A stretch of 63,680 nt of DNA, filler included, from Lama guanicoe (GCA_013239625.1; 184 parts of 184 records of this genome joined end to end with filler, not necessarily neighbours in it), one strand, 5' to 3'; shown: positions 23,537 through 36,618, counted from the first letter of the whole stretch. Numbers and translations are program-made. The notes: a model not told the origin generated them from the sequence alone.

Positions 23537-23783
23537 TCAATGAACAGTAATATTTTGAAAGAAATCCTTTTTTTCTGAGTAGTAGATCTCAACAGTGGGC
23601 TCAAAATATTCAGCAAACCATGTTGTAAACAGACGCGCTGTCCTCTAGGCTTTGTTATTGCACTTACAGAGCACAGGCAGAGTCAATCTAGTATGGTTCT
23701 TCAGGGCCCTAGGATTTCCATAATGATAAATGAACATTAGCTTGAACTTCAAGTCACCAGCTGTCTTAGCTGCCCTTTGAAAT
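23537..23783 (-). mobile_element. Tigger1-like remnant, bubble arm B
   Basis: 4 substitutions relative to 22843-23089, with 49-nt identical ends. Confidence 0.85.
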
Positions 23784-23883
23784 NNNNNNNNNNNNNNNNN
23801 NNNNNNNNNNNNNNNNNNNNNNNNNNNTTAATTAATTAANNNNNNNNNNNNNNNNNNNNNNNNNNNNNNNNNNNNNNNNNNNN

Positions 23884-24129
23884 TGTATAAATATACCATG
23901 GCTTCTTTATCCAGTCATCTGTCGATGGACATGTAGGTTGTTTCCATGTTTTGGCTACTGTAAATAGTGTTCCTATGAACGTTGGGGTGCATGTATCTTT
24001 TCAAATTAGTACCTTTGGTTTTTTGGAATATACCCAGGAATGGAATTGCTGGGTCATAGGGTAGTTCTATTTTTAGCTTTTTGAGAAACCTGCATACTGA
24101 TTTCCACAGTATCTGTACCAATTTACATT
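23884..24129 (-). mobile_element. L1 ORF2 C-terminal remnant
   Basis: Translation ILWKSVCRFLKKLKIELPYDPAIPFLGI. Confidence 0.9.
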
Positions 24130-24576
24130 NNNNNNNNNNNNNNNNNNNNNNNNNNNNNNNNNNNNNNNNNNNNTTAATTAATTAANNNNNNNNNNNNNNN
24201 NNNNNNNNNNNNNNNNNNNNNNNNNNNNNAAATATATTGAACACTTTGTATACACCACTCTGGGTCTTATCATCGTCATCTGTTCCCTGGACCTTTGTCA
24301 TTGTTTCATTCCAGCCACTGCTGTGGCAACGGCTCTGTGTGGAGCCTACTCAAATTCATGTGGGCTGGGCAGTTCCACACAGTCCTTCACCTCATGCCCA
24401 AAAGGCTCATCTCTACGTCCCCACTCTAGGCTTCCTTGTTGACCCTGTCTTAAGGTCCTGTAGAACCTACTTGGTANNNNNNNNNNNNNNNNNNNNNNNN
24501 NNNNNNNNNNNNNNNNNNNNTTAATTAATTAANNNNNNNNNNNNNNNNNNNNNNNNNNNNNNNNNNNNNNNNNNNN

Positions 24577-24822
24577 TTTTTGCAAATGAAATTGACAAAT
24601 GCTTGATCTCCAGAATATATAAGCAGCTCACACAATTTAATAATAATAAAAACAAACAACCCAATCCAAAATGGGCAGAAGACCCAAATAAGCAATTCTC
24701 CAAGGAAGACATGCAAATGATCAACAGGCACATTAAAAAATGCTCAATATTACTAATTATTGGAGAAATGCAAATGAAAACTAAAATGAGGTATCACCTC
24801 AAACAAGTCAGAATGGCCATCA
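24577..24822 (+). mobile_element. L1 ORF2 C-terminal remnant
   Basis: Translation [65 protein letters not shown]. Confidence 0.92.
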
Positions 24823-27004
24823 NNNNNNNNNNNNNNNNNNNNNNNNNNNNNNNNNNNNNNNNNNNNTTAATTAATTAANNNNNNNNNNNNNNNNNNNNNN
24901 NNNNNNNNNNNNNNNNNNNNNNTTTTAAAGGGAAACAAGTGTTCTAATTTCTAAGTATGTTTCCTGGGTCGATTTGATGTTCATGCAGTTTTCACTGAAA
25001 ATCCGAGTAGCAGCTAGTGCATCCCCATATATAGATGTAAGAAATGTATTTCCTAATGAAAAGAAACTTTGTGATCCCAACATGCTATGTGAAGAACATC
25101 TTTCACACACAAATTTGTCTCAGAATTGAGCATATGGAGAGACTTTCATTCATCAAGCACAAAGGGAGANNNNNNNNNNNNNNNNNNNNNNNNNNNNNNN
25201 NNNNNNNNNNNNNTTAATTAATTAANNNNNNNNNNNNNNNNNNNNNNNNNNNNNNNNNNNNNNNNNNNNAATCATTTGGGCATCTTTAGAAGGGTAGAGA
25301 AATTTTGACAGAAACAAAGGATCATTCTTTATTCTGAAAGCAGACTAATAACGTGATCATCCCATCAGCTCAATCTCAAGAAAAATTAAACTGAAGTCTT
25401 CTCTTGTGTATTCCCACCCTTGAAATCTGTTTTCCTTGACATTTGGTGAGTAGTATTATGTACACTAAAAAATATTTGGAAACATAAACCTGTTTTCACG
25501 TTCTATTTTCATCATGNNNNNNNNNNNNNNNNNNNNNNNNNNNNNNNNNNNNNNNNNNNNTTAATTAATTAANNNNNNNNNNNNNNNNNNNNNNNNNNNN
25601 NNNNNNNNNNNNNNNNCAATTGGCCAGTAGCAAATTAGTCAGATGTCAACAAGAAACGAAGACACTTGTGCGAAAATGAGAAACAGGCCAAACAAGTTTG
25701 GATGAGTCGATTCTGTACAACAGTTCTACCAAGAATCCTGAGCTGAGCGCAGCTGGGACTCCAGAAAGACACCTTCTCAGTCATGCCTTGTACAATGGTA
25801 CCAGGTATTGGCCTTCCTATTATGTGCACCTTTTCTTTCAAAGATAAACTTCTACCTCTGTATNNNNNNNNNNNNNNNNNNNNNNNNNNNNNNNNNNNNN
25901 NNNNNNNTTAATTAATTAANNNNNNNNNNNNNNNNNNNNNNNNNNNNNNNNNNNNNNNNNNNNTCACAAACAGCTATGTTACTGGCAGATGGACAAGCAG
26001 ATGGAACATTTTTCATAGCCTTTTCTACTTATGGAGTCCAGCCAAACATCATTTTCCAATGTCTTCCTGAGAAATAAGACTAATTATCGCAGTCATCACT
26101 GAAAGCCCACTGAACATCAGGAGGAAGAACATCACTATTTGTAGCTCCTTTGCCTAAATATCTTATAATAATATCTAAAATTGACAGCATGAAAGAAGTA
26201 AACAGAGGGGNNNNNNNNNNNNNNNNNNNNNNNNNNNNNNNNNNNNNNNNNNNNTTAATTAATTAANNNNNNNNNNNNNNNNNNNNNNNNNNNNNNNNNN
26301 NNNNNNNNNNCTAGAATCATCATGAAAATCACTTCCTTAATCCTTTCCTCTTGAGCTTCCTGTCAGATAGGGCATAATTAGAGAAGTAGAACCACATAGA
26401 ATGAAGGATTCACTATAAGAATTAAGAACTCAGGCAATTGCTAGAGCAGGTGGTGGAGTCTAGATAAAGCTGTTATCTTTGCAACTGGTGTTGAGCCTGA
26501 ATTCACTGAAGTTAACTGGGGTGACATTTGTGAAGGAAAGTTGGATGTGGACAAATGNNNNNNNNNNNNNNNNNNNNNNNNNNNNNNNNNNNNNNNNNNN
26601 NTTAATTAATTAANNNNNNNNNNNNNNNNNNNNNNNNNNNNNNNNNNNNNNNNNNNNCCAGCAGGCCGAGAGGAACGGGGGATTTTGTGGGGCAAAGAGC
26701 AGGGAGCGGAGGTGGAAGGCAGGCTGGAGCACAGAGAAGACTGCGCAGAGCACAGCAAGTGGACTCGGACCCAGGCAAAGAGAAGCCCAGGAGGGCGGGC
26801 GAAGCTACGCTCTGTCCAGGGCCCAGCGCGCATCCAGGCACAAGAAGGATCTGGCTTCTGGTTTCTGACTTCAGACACCCACCCACGGCGTCCAGCCTCC
26901 ATCANNNNNNNNNNNNNNNNNNNNNNNNNNNNNNNNNNNNNNNNNNNNTTAATTAATTAANNNNNNNNNNNNNNNNNNNNNNNNNNNNNNNNNNNNNNNN
27001 NNNN

Positions 27005-27251
27005 AATTCCCCCAGCCTCCAATCCCTGGAAACCACCTTTGTATTCTTTGCTGCAATGAGTGTACCTACTTTGGATACCTGATAAAAGTGGAATCAGGCC
27101 CTACCAGTCCTTCTGTGTCTGACTTATTTCACTCAGTGTAATGTCCCCCAGGTTCATCCCTGTTGTCACAAACATCAGGATTTCCTTCTTTTTTAGGGCA
27201 ATGTAGTATTTCACTGCATATTTACCACGATTTCTTTACGTATTCATCTGT
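27005..27251 (-). mobile_element. L1 3' UTR remnant
   Basis: CCCTGGAAACCACC...AAGTGGAATCA...GTCCTTCTGTGTCTGACTTATTTCACTCAG..TAATGTCC.CCAGGTTCATCC.TGTTGTC. Confidence 0.8.
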
Positions 27252-28045
27252 NNNNNNNNNNNNNNNNNNNNNNNNNNNNNNNNNNNNNNNNNNNNTTAAT
27301 TAATTAANNNNNNNNNNNNNNNNNNNNNNNNNNNNNNNNNNNNNNNNNNNNTTTCCTTTTCTGTTCGCTGTAATAGCAGGTAAACACCTTCCAAGCATGT
27401 GTGATGTTACAGCATCTTCCTAGATCCCTACACTTACTATGATTGTGGTGAAATTTGCATAACATAGCATTTTCCGTTGTGAGCATTTGTAAGTGTACAA
27501 TTCAGTGGTACTTAAGTACATTCACATTATTATGCAAATGTCACCACCATCCCTCTCCAGAACGCTTTTCATCTTCCCAAATTGACTCTGTAGCCAGTNN
27601 NNNNNNNNNNNNNNNNNNNNNNNNNNNNNNNNNNNNNNNNNNTTAATTAATTAANNNNNNNNNNNNNNNNNNNNNNNNNNNNNNNNNNNNNNNNNNNNTG
27701 ATGACTTCCTATAATGACTGATGAATATTTAGCAACTTTTCCAATGTCGTCATCCATCCTTACCTTCCTGATACAGTCCCCTAAGTTTTCATTAATCGAG
27801 AATTAGGCCTGCTAATTTATGACTCTGTAAAGATCACTTAGCATGAAGCCAAGAGGGGACTTTGAATATCTCTTTCTTATTCAACTTCTGTTTTATTTAG
27901 ACTTTCAGCTCTGCTAAGCAACCATCAATTTCACTTTCCAAATAGNNNNNNNNNNNNNNNNNNNNNNNNNNNNNNNNNNNNNNNNNNNNTTAATTAATTA
28001 ANNNNNNNNNNNNNNNNNNNNNNNNNNNNNNNNNNNNNNNNNNNN

Positions 28046-28292
28046 TCTCTGAATGCTCCTTCTCCACCAGTGTTAGCACTCTAGAAGACTTTGTCCTACC
28101 CTAGTGCTTCTGCTCTTACTCTAATCCACCTCCCTCAGAAAGCTCCCCATATCCAGTTTCAACTGACAACTAGTTATCGGTCAGTTCCCAAGATGTATCT
28201 TCTGCTCAGAGTTCTTCTCAAAGCTCCACAGTTATAATTTCTAAACACCTACTCCAGATCTCACATGGATGGCTCAAAGACACCTCAGTTCA
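28046..28292 (+). mobile_element. L2 ORF2 remnant
   Basis: Pyrimidine-rich, with CTCCACAG..ATA..T.C.AA...CCTACTC.A.ATCTC.ACATGGATG.CTCA.AG.CACCTCA. Confidence 0.55.
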
Positions 28293-29433
28293 NNNNNNNN
28301 NNNNNNNNNNNNNNNNNNNNNNNNNNNNNNNNNNNNTTAATTAATTAANNNNNNNNNNNNNNNNNNNNNNNNNNNNNNNNNNNNNNNNNNNNTCGTCTCA
28401 GGGTGCCCACTAGTGGTGATACCAAATATCACAATCAAGAAAGTAAATTCACCAAACACCAGAATGGGACCCCTTGGGTTTAAGTTGTACTCTTCCAAAA
28501 CACAGTTAACTTTAAACTCAATAACATTTCTATTTATGGGAATTCCAGCTAGAAATTTTGTGATAATGTGTCTGTCTAAATTACAAAGTTTGCAAAAGCC
28601 CCAGCTTAAAGATTAGATCAGGTTAAATATATGCAAATANNNNNNNNNNNNNNNNNNNNNNNNNNNNNNNNNNNNNNNNNNNNTTAATTAATTAANNNNN
28701 NNNNNNNNNNNNNNNNNNNNNNNNNNNNNNNNNNNNNNNAACTTCCTGCACTTAGCCCAGAAGTTCCCTAATACCTGAAAGCCTAACACGTACAAAAAGC
28801 TGTCAAAGCCTGAGCCAGGTGCTCAGCGCTTGGAGGTGATTTCGTTGAGCCAGCACTGGTGTGGGATAAACCAGTTTTTTCTGATCCTCCGAGTGTGTGC
28901 TGACTGTCTTTTCCCACCGGCAGAATTCTCCCATTAGAGTTGTAACCAGCCTGAAGGTCCCAGTAGAATTTTTTTCTGCTTTACCCNNNNNNNNNNNNNN
29001 NNNNNNNNNNNNNNNNNNNNNNNNNNNNNNTTAATTAATTAANNNNNNNNNNNNNNNNNNNNNNNNNNNNNNNNNNNNNNNNNNNNGATAAAACTGAACC
29101 GTATTCAAAATACCCTTTCTGTCTAGTGTTTTTTTTTCCCCATAATGCCTGTCTGTGTCCAGACTGGAACAGCATGGGAACACTAGGCCGGGCAGACGGC
29201 CTAAATCGCAAACTGGAATTGCAAATTTGGGGCGAGAAGCGGGGTTTTGTGCAGCCTGGGACACTTGTGGGATTGCCAGCGAGGAGCTCCTGATGGGTGA
29301 GATGCTCATGGGGAAGGCTGGGCAAGTTTATATNNNNNNNNNNNNNNNNNNNNNNNNNNNNNNNNNNNNNNNNNNNNTTAATTAATTAANNNNNNNNNNN
29401 NNNNNNNNNNNNNNNNNNNNNNNNNNNNNNNNN

Positions 29434-29510
29434 TGATTCGGCAAGCAGCTGCAAATATTCAGGAAACAGGTTTCCAACTGATCGAATTTCTTTCTTCCTT
29501 CCCTGCTCAG
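29434..29510 (+). CDS. DNAH5: 3' part of an axonemal dynein heavy chain 5 exon
   Basis: [25 protein letters not shown] followed by phase-0 donor CAG|gtcagt. Matches recalled DNAH5 [33 protein letters not shown]. Confidence 0.85.
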
Positions 29511-30127
29511 GTCAGTGCATTGAAATTGCAAAGTGTTTTTTACAGGATAGCCATTATAGACTGCAGGCATTGTCTATTGTAAACTATGCAACTGCCTATA
29601 ATTTAACTCTGGAACAAGATTAAGATTTCCATAAGGATTTGTTAAACATAGATAAGCTTAAAGATTTTAATTATTTGATGNNNNNNNNNNNNNNNNNNNN
29701 NNNNNNNNNNNNNNNNNNNNNNNNTTAATTAATTAANNNNNNNNNNNNNNNNNNNNNNNNNNNNNNNNNNNNNNNNNNNNTATCCAAAGTGAACTTATCC
29801 AAAAGACAACTTTGGGCTACGTGTACAGCAAATAATTTAATCTACACTACACTTCATTTCTAGCCCTTCCAGCCTCCTGTATTTTGTTTTTGTATGTTTC
29901 TTTGTTTTTATTTTCTTAATATATTTGAGGATATTTGTTTGTAGTGATCATGTAGGAGAAAATATAATAAATAAATGTAAAGAAGAATCTTTTATTCACA
30001 CTCTTCCCAGAGCAAAAGGCAAAAGAGNNNNNNNNNNNNNNNNNNNNNNNNNNNNNNNNNNNNNNNNNNNNTTAATTAATTAANNNNNNNNNNNNNNNNN
30101 NNNNNNNNNNNNNNNNNNNNNNNNNNN

Positions 30128-30373
30128 ATATTTGTATATAGTGGAGGTTACCCTGAAGAGAAACTTTGCTTTCCCAACAAGCTAGGTGAAGGACGGCTTC
30201 CAAACACGCTTAACTCTCTCAAATGAGCATGTGGAGAGACGTTCGTTCAGGAAGCAAAAATGGAACAGTTTTCAGGAGAAACATTTTCTCTGGTTTCTCA
30301 GTCTGTTTCCTAGAGGCGGTTTGAATTTCCTGCAGTTTTCTCTGTAAAACCGAGTTGCAGATTGTACCTCCCC
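30128..30373 (-). repeat. ~250-bp satellite monomer, copy 3 (reverse orientation)
   Basis: Reverse complement has CAACTCGGTTTTACAG, TAGGAAACAGACTGAGAAA, GAACGAACGTCTCTCCACATGCTCA and GCCGTCCTTCACCTAGCTTG. Confidence 0.85.
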
Positions 30374-30482
30374 NNNNNNNNNNNNNNNNNNNNNNNNNNN
30401 NNNNNNNNNNNNNNNNNTTAATTAATTAANNNNNNNNNNNNNNNNNNNNNNNNNNNNNNNNNNNNNNNNNNNNAGCCCCTCC

Positions 30483-30604
30483 GCGGAGCGGGGAGGGTTC
30501 CCCGGAGCCGGGAGGGTTCTGCGGAGCGGGGAGGGTTCCCCGGAGCCGGGAGGGTTCTGCAGAGCGGGGAGGGTTCCCCAGAGCCGGGAGCGTTCTGCAG
30601 AGCG
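30483..30604 (+). repeat. G-rich minisatellite, about 3.2 x 38 bp (dimer of two 19-mers)
   Basis: GCGGAGCGGGGAGGGTTCC+CCGGAGCCGGGAGGGTTCT units start at 30483, 30521 and 30559. Confidence 0.95.
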
Positions 30605-31317
30605 CTTGGGGTTTCAGTTTTGGAGCAAGCCCGTGAAGACAGTTGAGGGCTCTGCCCCACGAAAGAGTACATCTCACTATAGTGTAAATTCCATCATACG
30701 TGTGTCTATGAATATGTATGNNNNNNNNNNNNNNNNNNNNNNNNNNNNNNNNNNNNNNNNNNNNTTAATTAATTAANNNNNNNNNNNNNNNNNNNNNNNN
30801 NNNNNNNNNNNNNNNNNNNNGTGTAATTATTTTGCTGTCCAGGCTTCCTAAAACCAGTTCAAGGCTCCTCCAGGTCACGTGGTTGGGGACTGCCCTCGTC
30901 CCCGGGGATGTGCTTGCTGGTCACCGGGGCAGTGGGAACACAGAGCCCGCTGGGCCCAGCGTGGAGCCATCCACGCGGCAGTCATCAGGCCGGGCTTAGA
31001 CCTTGCTGCCTGCCCCCGTCCCCGAGCAGAGCAGCGGCAGCTCCCCACCCGGGGCTGCCCTTAGAACNNNNNNNNNNNNNNNNNNNNNNNNNNNNNNNNN
31101 NNNNNNNNNNNTTAATTAATTAANNNNNNNNNNNNNNNNNNNNNNNNNNNNNNNNNNNNNNNNNNNNAAAGGAGCAGGTCCTAAACGGGCATGTTTACCA
31201 TAAACGCTCTTACATGTCAGCCATGGGGAGCACCAGATTAAGAAATGGATGCTGCCTGAGTTTAGTATTGAATTATTAGAGAATGTAATGAATGTACAAG
31301 ATTCAGGATCAGAATTA

Positions 31318-31414
31318 GGGGGGAAGGTATAGCTCAAGTGGTAGAATATGTGCTTAGCATGCGTGAGGTCCTGGGTTCAATCCCCGGTACCTCCACCATA
31401 AATAAATAAATAAA
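31318..31414 (+). mobile_element. Vic-1-type tRNA-Ala-derived SINE
   Basis: GGGGAAGGTATAGCTCAAGTGGTAGA...TGCTTAGCATGC.TGAGGTCCTGGGTTCAATCCCCGGTACCTCCA with a (TAAA)n tail. The head resembles tRNA-Ala(AGC). Confidence 0.9.
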
Positions 31415-34290
31415 NNNNNNNNNNNNNNNNNNNNNNNNNNNNNNNNNNNNNNNNNNNNTTAATTAATTAANNNNNNNNNNNNNNNNNNNNNNNNNNNNNN
31501 NNNNNNNNNNNNNNAATTATAGTCATTTTACAGTGTTGTGTCAAACTGATCTAAAACTTGAGGATAAAATACCAAGTTTTTCGAACCTAGGAATATGACT
31601 GCTATTTAAGTTATTTTTGATATGGAGAGAGAATCTTGAAGTCTGGGAAATAATTAACTTATCAGAGAGAAAACTGCTAACCGCTAACCGCTAATCGTTA
31701 CAGCAAGAACGAATCTATAAGACACATTAAACTTACCTCCTGACTTCTCCAGCTGGCCAGGNNNNNNNNNNNNNNNNNNNNNNNNNNNNNNNNNNNNNNN
31801 NNNNNTTAATTAATTAANNNNNNNNNNNNNNNNNNNNNNNNNNNNNNNNNNNNNNNNNNNNTATGGGGAAAAGTATGCAAGTGCTTGCTCTAACACCTGG
31901 CACAAAATGCATGGTTAACAAATGGAACCTGTTAGCACACAGGACTAGGGACAAGGGTGGCATGTCACGTGGACGATCATGACTTCTGTTTTACTTATAT
32001 TGAAATGTACAAGTGTGTGATTTGTACAAGCAGATATATTTAGTGGTAGGTTCAAAATAAAAGTACATATGCGTGATACTCAATTCAATAGGCTGTCAGA
32101 AAAAAAAANNNNNNNNNNNNNNNNNNNNNNNNNNNNNNNNNNNNNNNNNNNNTTAATTAATTAANNNNNNNNNNNNNNNNNNNNNNNNNNNNNNNNNNNN
32201 NNNNNNNNCTTTACCATAATCTCTTTTAAAACTGAAAAAAGGTAATTCAGACTGCAACTGAATTTAAGGCTCTGTAGGTCCACATGAAACTAAGTAAAAA
32301 GTAATTAATTTTCACAAATTAAATTTATTCAGACATTTAACACTACATTTAACAATTTCAGACATTCATTCAATTTTCTGTGTTTGTGGTCCCTTGAACA
32401 ATTTCTTTGATTTTTTTTTAATCAAATGGACTCCAGGATGGCTACAAATCTCAAANNNNNNNNNNNNNNNNNNNNNNNNNNNNNNNNNNNNNNNNNNNNT
32501 TAATTAATTAANNNNNNNNNNNNNNNNNNNNNNNNNNNNNNNNNNNNNNNNNNNNCTGCCTGCCTTGGGCATCAGCTGATGTGAAAACCCACCTAGAAAT
32601 CACTATCCAGCAGCTCTTCCGTAACACAGGCTACACTTTCTCAAGATTAAGAATTGGGTCAAGTAATCCCTTCGCTGAAGAACAAAGACAAAGGAGAACA
32701 AGAGAGTTCTTCGCCTCCCCAGGGGTGAGCCCAGAACTTGGGCTGCATGAACAGCGCCCACCTCCCAGGAGAAGGATAAACTGGAGAAGGACGTCCTGCG
32801 AANNNNNNNNNNNNNNNNNNNNNNNNNNNNNNNNNNNNNNNNNNNNTTAATTAATTAANNNNNNNNNNNNNNNNNNNNNNNNNNNNNNNNNNNNNNNNNN
32901 NNAGAGGATTTTGGGTGCCTGTCAATCAAGGAAATTTTGTAAATCAGGAGAAAACAAGAGAAACTTTATTCACAGATGATTCAGTCTCCAGTATTATTTG
33001 GTATTATTGATACCATTTTGTAAAGATGCTGGAATCAACTAATTCCTGTTGAAAGTAACTGATTGCTTTCAAATTTTCATTACTTTTGTTTTTTCTTTTG
33101 TGTTTATTCTTTTTTTTTTAATTGAAGTATAGTCAGTTTACAAGCTGTGNNNNNNNNNNNNNNNNNNNNNNNNNNNNNNNNNNNNNNNNNNNNTTAATTA
33201 ATTAANNNNNNNNNNNNNNNNNNNNNNNNNNNNNNNNNNNNNNNNNNNNATATTTTCATGTATTTGTGTGGTCATGCTAGAGATTACATTTATTTCAATT
33301 GATGTTTCTTACGGACAGAGCAGCAGTGACATTGAAACTCTGCATCAGATGTATTGTCATGTGCCCTTTCTTGGGAAGATGCAGATGAACAAGGAACTGA
33401 GAGTGATACAGGGGGAAATACCAAGAGCTCAGTGAAAGAGCATCCTCAGAAGATGAAGGGTCCTCTAAAAACATCTCTACCATGGAATGTGGTAAANNNN
33501 NNNNNNNNNNNNNNNNNNNNNNNNNNNNNNNNNNNNNNNNTTAATTAATTAANNNNNNNNNNNNNNNNNNNNNNNNNNNNNNNNNNNNNNNNNNNNCATT
33601 TCTGTACCACGTCCAAGCGTACTGGGAGCAGTTTACACTCCTCAAATAACCCACTTGAAGAAGCGGCTAATGTTATCCTTCTAATAAAGAATTTCAATCA
33701 TAGTTGTCATAAATATCTCAAAGATGATTCTCTCTGCATTTTCATTAGAGCCAGGGCTTTGTTTGGTGTTTTGGTTTTAAACAAACACTTGTCCCAGCAG
33801 TGCAGCTCACCAATATAGAGCAGAATTACAATGTACTTCCAGCNNNNNNNNNNNNNNNNNNNNNNNNNNNNNNNNNNNNNNNNNNNNTTAATTAATTAAN
33901 NNNNNNNNNNNNNNNNNNNNNNNNNNNNNNNNNNNNNNNNNNNTTTGGTGGTTCCTGCTCTGCTGGTTAAAAGTTTTTACTACCGTATGTATACTAAGTT
34001 GTTTGCAAAAGAATACTCTTTGCTACATTGCTCATAATAGAAAAATTATATATCCTAAATACGAGCTGAAGAAAATTGAATAAACCACTGCATGTGATTG
34101 TTATGAACTACTGTGTAGATATTTTGAGCTATTTTAAGCTCTACTGCTAACTTGGAATTTTCAGGCATACCAGGAGATGGGAAAAGACAGNNNNNNNNNN
34201 NNNNNNNNNNNNNNNNNNNNNNNNNNNNNNNNNNTTAATTAATTAANNNNNNNNNNNNNNNNNNNNNNNNNNNNNNNNNNNNNNNNNNNN

Positions 34291-34536
34291 AAATAGTACT
34301 GCTATGAACATTGGGGTGCATGTATCTTTTTGAATTAGATTTTCCCCAAGATTTATGCTCAAGAGTAGGAATCCTGGGTCATAGAAAAGTCTATTTTTAG
34401 GTTTTTTAAGGAAACGTCACACTATTTTCCATAATGATTGCACCAAACTGCATTCCCACCAGCAGTGAAGGAGGCTTCCCTTTTCTTCACAGCCTCTCCA
34501 GCATTTATCGTTTATGGACTTTTGAATGATGGCCAT
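34291..34536 (-). mobile_element. L1 ORF2 C-terminal remnant
   Basis: CTGCTATGAACATTGGGGTGCATGTATCTTTTTGAATTAG...CATTCCCACCAGCAGTG...GATGGCCAT. Confidence 0.9.
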
Positions 34537-36024
34537 NNNNNNNNNNNNNNNNNNNNNNNNNNNNNNNNNNNNNNNNNNNNTTAATTAATTAANNNNNNNN
34601 NNNNNNNNNNNNNNNNNNNNNNNNNNNNNNNNNNNNCAGGGTTTCATAGTCCCCGAAGACAGGGTTTCATAGTATGCCATCTTTTAGCAAGCTGGTGACA
34701 CTGGTCAGCTCATGTCACCTCTCTGGGCCGTAAAGAGCTCAACTTGTTAACCTCTAAAATCTTAATTAGATCTAACCCTGAAGGATGAGCCTTGATATTT
34801 ATTAATGTTTCCTCTCTAGCTTAATCTTTTACGCTAATGGAAATATTAGTTGTTAAGTACTGGGGGAAGAATGTATTTCCACANNNNNNNNNNNNNNNNN
34901 NNNNNNNNNNNNNNNNNNNNNNNNNNNTTAATTAATTAANNNNNNNNNNNNNNNNNNNNNNNNNNNNNNNNNNNNNNNNNNNNTTTTCTTCATTCTTTAA
35001 TTTTTTCATTCTCGGTAGGATGGGTTTGAGCTTATATTACTATATGTTTACAATAAACAGATACAGTAATGGGTTATTATATGTACAAAATTGAGTAACC
35101 ATAAGACAAAAACTTACAAGAGAGTCTCAAAAACTAAAAATTAACCAAGATAATAGAAAGGAAAACTAACAAACAAAAAAAACACAACAAGAAAAAGAAA
35201 GGAACAAGGGAAAAAATGCCAAATCAACTGNNNNNNNNNNNNNNNNNNNNNNNNNNNNNNNNNNNNNNNNNNNNTTAATTAATTAANNNNNNNNNNNNNN
35301 NNNNNNNNNNNNNNNNNNNNNNNNNNNNNNTCATGCAAATTTGCAAATGCCTATGGTGATTGGTGTTCACAGCTGAAAGAACATAAATTGTTCCTATTTT
35401 ACACAGGATGTATGTGAACACGTTTCCCTAAGTTCCTTGAAAGAAAGGCAGTATGCTGAAAATCAAATAATAGTTATTTATCTGTTTGTAGAAACAGAGG
35501 TTACCATGATCTAAAATACCCATCTCATTTTGTGTACGCTCACCACAAGAAAACCGATATACATAAGGTCAAAGGATNNNNNNNNNNNNNNNNNNNNNNN
35601 NNNNNNNNNNNNNNNNNNNNNTTAATTAATTAANNNNNNNNNNNNNNNNNNNNNNNNNNNNNNNNNNNNNNNNNNNNAAAAATAGTGAAAAGGAAGCAAA
35701 AATGGGGGAAAGCGAGTAATTCTAAGCCCTCACTGACCACTATCGTGGTGAACTTTTACAGCGATGCTGACCAATGCGTCTTCGTTCCAAAGTATTAATA
35801 TTTCCAACTGGTTGGCTCATGAGAAAGTCATATGTTTACTTGCCAAGGATATTGGAGACTGAACAGGCATGAAGAAAAAACAAAAGAGTGAGGGGCAGGA
35901 ATAGCATTTTGTACCTTGTTAGGGNNNNNNNNNNNNNNNNNNNNNNNNNNNNNNNNNNNNNNNNNNNNTTAATTAATTAANNNNNNNNNNNNNNNNNNNN
36001 NNNNNNNNNNNNNNNNNNNNNNNN

Positions 36025-36271
36025 ATCACTGGCCCTCTTCTTTCCCATGCCGCCCCCTCCCTGGGCAATCTCGACCAACCCTTAGCTGATGGTCCCAAAT
36101 CTGCACTTCCAGCATCTTTTCTATCTCCCAAATTCTTGGATTTGTGTAATTATTGCTCACTATCATCTCTCCCTTGGAAATAACCTCAAACCCTGCCTCC
36201 CTTCTTCCACTCCCCAAGCTGCATCCCAAGTCCACCTGCACCCAACACTCCATCTTCTCCACACCTGCACC
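36025..36271 (+). mobile_element. L2 remnant
   Basis: Pyrimidine-rich, with CTATCATCTCTCCCTTGGAAA.TAACCTC.AAC..G.CTCCCT.CTTCCACTC..., typical of the L2 3' region. Confidence 0.5.
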
Positions 36272-36371
36272 NNNNNNNNNNNNNNNNNNNNNNNNNNNNN
36301 NNNNNNNNNNNNNNNTTAATTAATTAANNNNNNNNNNNNNNNNNNNNNNNNNNNNNNNNNNNNNNNNNNNN

Positions 36372-36618
36372 CAAGCATTATTCTGGTCCCAAAAGAAATA
36401 CATGTTTCTGCACAAATGCATGGCACAGAATTTACTTGTTAGTAAGAAGACTTGTTTATAGTTAATACATCAGATTTAATCTGATTTTCAGATCAAAAGG
36501 GGTAATGGAGCTTTAATTACTCTTCTTCCAAGGTAAGCTTTAGAATGAGGTCATTCATCCCCAAAAATGTATCAAATGGTGCATAATGCTGGCTGACTGT
36601 TCATTCACTTTAATAAGT
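36372..36618 (+). repeat. Diverged duplicate of 50595-50841 (opposite orientation)
   Basis: Ungapped match to the reverse complement with 12 substitutions in 247 nt. Confidence 0.93.

Noticed and set aside
31318..31397. tRNA-Ala gene
   Set aside because: Stems are degenerate, a (TAAA)n tail follows, and related copies occur elsewhere. It is a SINE.
33319..33496. Exon-like segment with acceptor and donor
   Set aside because: All three frames from the acceptor hit a stop and no homology was recognised.
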